Assembly: GCA_000320545.1 (NCBI GenBank)
Contig: ADNK01003164.1
Location: 1-41,262, forward strand
Length of the DNA stretch: 41,262 nt
Direction: 5' to 3'
From: Bigelowiella natans CCMP2755
Taxonomy: Eukaryota; Protista; Cercozoa
The notes beneath the pieces were generated by a model, which was not told the origin of the DNA, searched no databases, and was given only the letters and a program-made list of their open reading frames with translations. A program made the position numbers and the translations under genes. Positions 38,922-41,262 of the stretch are shown in pieces (position 1 is the first letter of the stretch; each line of letters opens with the position of its first letter).

Positions 38922-40364
38922 ATTACTTGGGGGGACTATCACCAATCAATCGAGAGAATTGATAGTAGCATTTAGGAGCATGTAGGAGTACTACGTAGAT
39001 GCTAGGCTGCCGCCACACATCATGGGTTAGACGAGCAGGTAGGAGAAGAAGGATGAGGGGGAGAAGGAGGACGATCACTTTGTTCAGACAACCAATCAAC
39101 CCCAATAAATAATAATAATAATCATAACAACAGGCTCCAAGAGGGCGTCGATTCAATTGTAACGGCTGCTTAGAATCTCTGCGAGGTTATGAACCCTTGA
39201 TATATCACACTGGAGATGGTGCCTGCAGAAAAAGAAGAAGAAGACGATGAAGAGGAAAACGTTGATTGAGGTGGTTTATCACATTAATAAGAAATAATGA
39301 TGACTACCTTATTAAGTTACATAGTGATGATATTTGACGAGAGCATTTAATTGAATGAAGAAGATATATTATCATCGTGTGAATAATAAGAATGTGCCGT
39401 AGTATTTGTAATCATTCTGATGGTCAATAGGCAGGACAGATATATGTTGATTGATGTCGTACTCTTCAGGAAAGTGATGACGACGATGGCAAATTTTTCT
39501 CGATTTTCCCTCCAGGTGGCTTATCATCATCATCATCATTGTTGTTGTTGTTGTTGTTGTTGCATGTGGACATTGCTATTATTAACTGATTCTCAAATAT
39601 GCTGTTCGTTCAGTGTCTTCTCATGGCACCACGACCTCTCTGTCTCCTGCAGTTTCTGCTGCGAGATCATTGCGAGTAGGGGGGGACAGAATAGTGTAAG
39701 TTGTACGTCTTTTAAGTTATACTCTGATCATTCATCTCCATCATCTTCATTACATCAAATGTTTAAACTGTAACTATATCGTCTTTTCCATCTGTTGTCT
39801 TCTTCTTCCTTTTCCTCCCCCTACTTCATAGCTACTGGGGGCATATGAAGTTTCCAATTCTCAATGTCAAACGAGTTGATAACTGGTAGAAATAGTAATA
39901 CAGTAACATAGTAGCAGCTACAGCTGCAGTCAATCGTAGCTAGTTGCAAAACGAAGTAAGAAAACATCACTAATTTTATCGACTCGGGGAGCAAGTCAGT
40001 CATTCATTCGGTCATTTAGTCGGTCAGTCAGTCACATGAGCAGTCGATATTGTTCGTCGCAATTTATTTTTTACTGAATTTGTTACTTTATCCAAAATAG
40101 TAATTTATTACCATCGAAATCAACATTCCCCACTAGCTTCATCGTAGTGTGTCTGCCTCATATTCCCTCGGCTTGATACAACAATAGGGGGTGGGTTTTG
40201 GAGTCCTCGGCTGTCGTCTTCTGCTCGTTTTCGGTACTTTGTAGACATAACATTGATAAATTAAATTTGGAAAGCGGAACGTGTTGGGTCATGTTGAATT
40301 AGCTTTCACATCCAATTGGGCATTGATTGCATTTCTAACATCACAACAGTTGAAAGAGTATCTC

Positions 40365-41056
40365 GAGCTGTCAAAGAGATCTCTGTGATGGCAGCAATGC
40401 ATCGAAGCAACATGAGGATGGTGCATTGCTAGATTGCTGCTTCATGTTCTGACCCATGATGAATTGACAAACGAACTCCCCCTCTCATCAGCACGCAGAG
40501 ACAACTATGCAAATGCATCAGAGCGATCTTGTGACCTAGTGATGACCGCATGTGACTCTCATGACGCCCACAACACACCTCCGAGTGTTTTTGCCCGTCT
40601 GCACATCTTCTCAAAAGCACAAACATGCTCGTGCGCACGCGACCTGCGTGCACTGTTGACGACTGCAGAGTTGATTTTTCCTTCCTGATGACAGACATGC
40701 AATGCACCTCTCATCCTGGCGGCAACAGATTGCACACAACATGGCGTTCATGAGAACAAACACATTGCCAGGCATGCAGCACACCTTTGCATTTCTGTGC
40801 GCTCACTTGGCTTTGCCTGCAAAAGAGTGAATGGTGTCAACAGTGCCAAAATGCGTGCAGTGATCGAGCAAGCTAGCACGCAACTGACACACCAGTCAAA
40901 CAACTTGACAACTTCCACTACTTCGACTTTGCTTGGGTCATTCTCCACACATCACCTTTCAGGCCACATGCAACGATGCTCAGGGTTGTCGTCAGGGTTG
41001 GTGGTCAGGGTTTGTGGTCATTGTTGGTGGTCAAGGTTGGTGGTCAGGGTTGGTGG
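40365..41056. other. Subtelomeric TpA-erased block D, ending in degenerate telomere-like repeats (TCAGGG-TTGGTGG, 40980-41056)
   Basis: Hand count: 5 TA in ~690 nt (3 CTAG, 1 CTAT, 1 CTAC). About six 12-13-nt units abut the perfect telomere. Confidence 0.88.
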
Positions 41057-41262
41057 TTAGGGTTAGGGTTAGGGTTAGGGTTAGGGTTAGGGTTAGGGTT
41101 AGGGTTAGGGTTAGGGTTAGGGTTAGGGTTAGGGTTAGGGTTAGGGTTAGGGTTAGGGTTAGGGTTAGGGTTAGGGTTAGGGTTAGGGTTAGGGTTAGGG
41201 TTAGGGTTAGGGTTAGGGTTAGGGTTAGGGTTAGGGTTAGGGTTAGGGTTAGGGTAGGGTTA
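41057..41262 (+). repeat. Telomeric repeat (TTAGGG)n at the chromosome end
   Basis: About 34 consecutive TTAGGG units run to the end of the window, with one TAGGG variant near the end. Confidence 0.98.

Noticed and set aside
36800-40260. Scattered splice-like signals and short ORFs, including a faintly kinase-like HILHQVLKFLHANEV near 37050
   Set aside because: No consistent exon chain or catalytic motif (e.g. HRD, DFG) could be assembled. A divergent gene is not excluded.
40976-41257. 93-aa ORF ending in (GL)n
   Set aside because: It is simply the translation of the telomeric repeat.
1-41262. CRISPR arrays, rRNA or tRNA genes
   Set aside because: None seen. The repeats are microsatellites, short duplications or telomere in a eukaryotic context.

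Overview
This is the last 41 kb of a eukaryotic chromosome, ending in (TTAGGG)n, from an intron-rich, microsatellite-rich genome. It looks protist-like, but the taxon cannot be fixed from sequence alone. Hand-spliced genes are: the 3' end of a probable PPR protein (+), a USP-family deubiquitinase (-), HAUS1/augmin subunit 1 (+, head-to-head with the USP), a ~1003-aa fatty-acid enzyme fusion (+), a type II membrane GT-A glycosyltransferase (-), and a ~14 kb secreted protein with four FN3 domains and a Cys-rich C-terminus (-). Two things stand out. First, the fusion joins an ELO/GNS1-SUR4 elongase, a His-box-less FAD6-like pseudo-desaturase and an intact delta-9 acyl-CoA desaturase in one polypeptide. 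Second, four blocks have lost almost all TpA dinucleotides except in CTAG, with TG/CA enriched. This looks like a regional TA>TG/CA hypermutation, the reverse of fungal RIP, and it appears also to have converted telomere-proximal TTAGGG to TCAGGG. All splice models and dinucleotide counts were made by eye and need computational confirmation.
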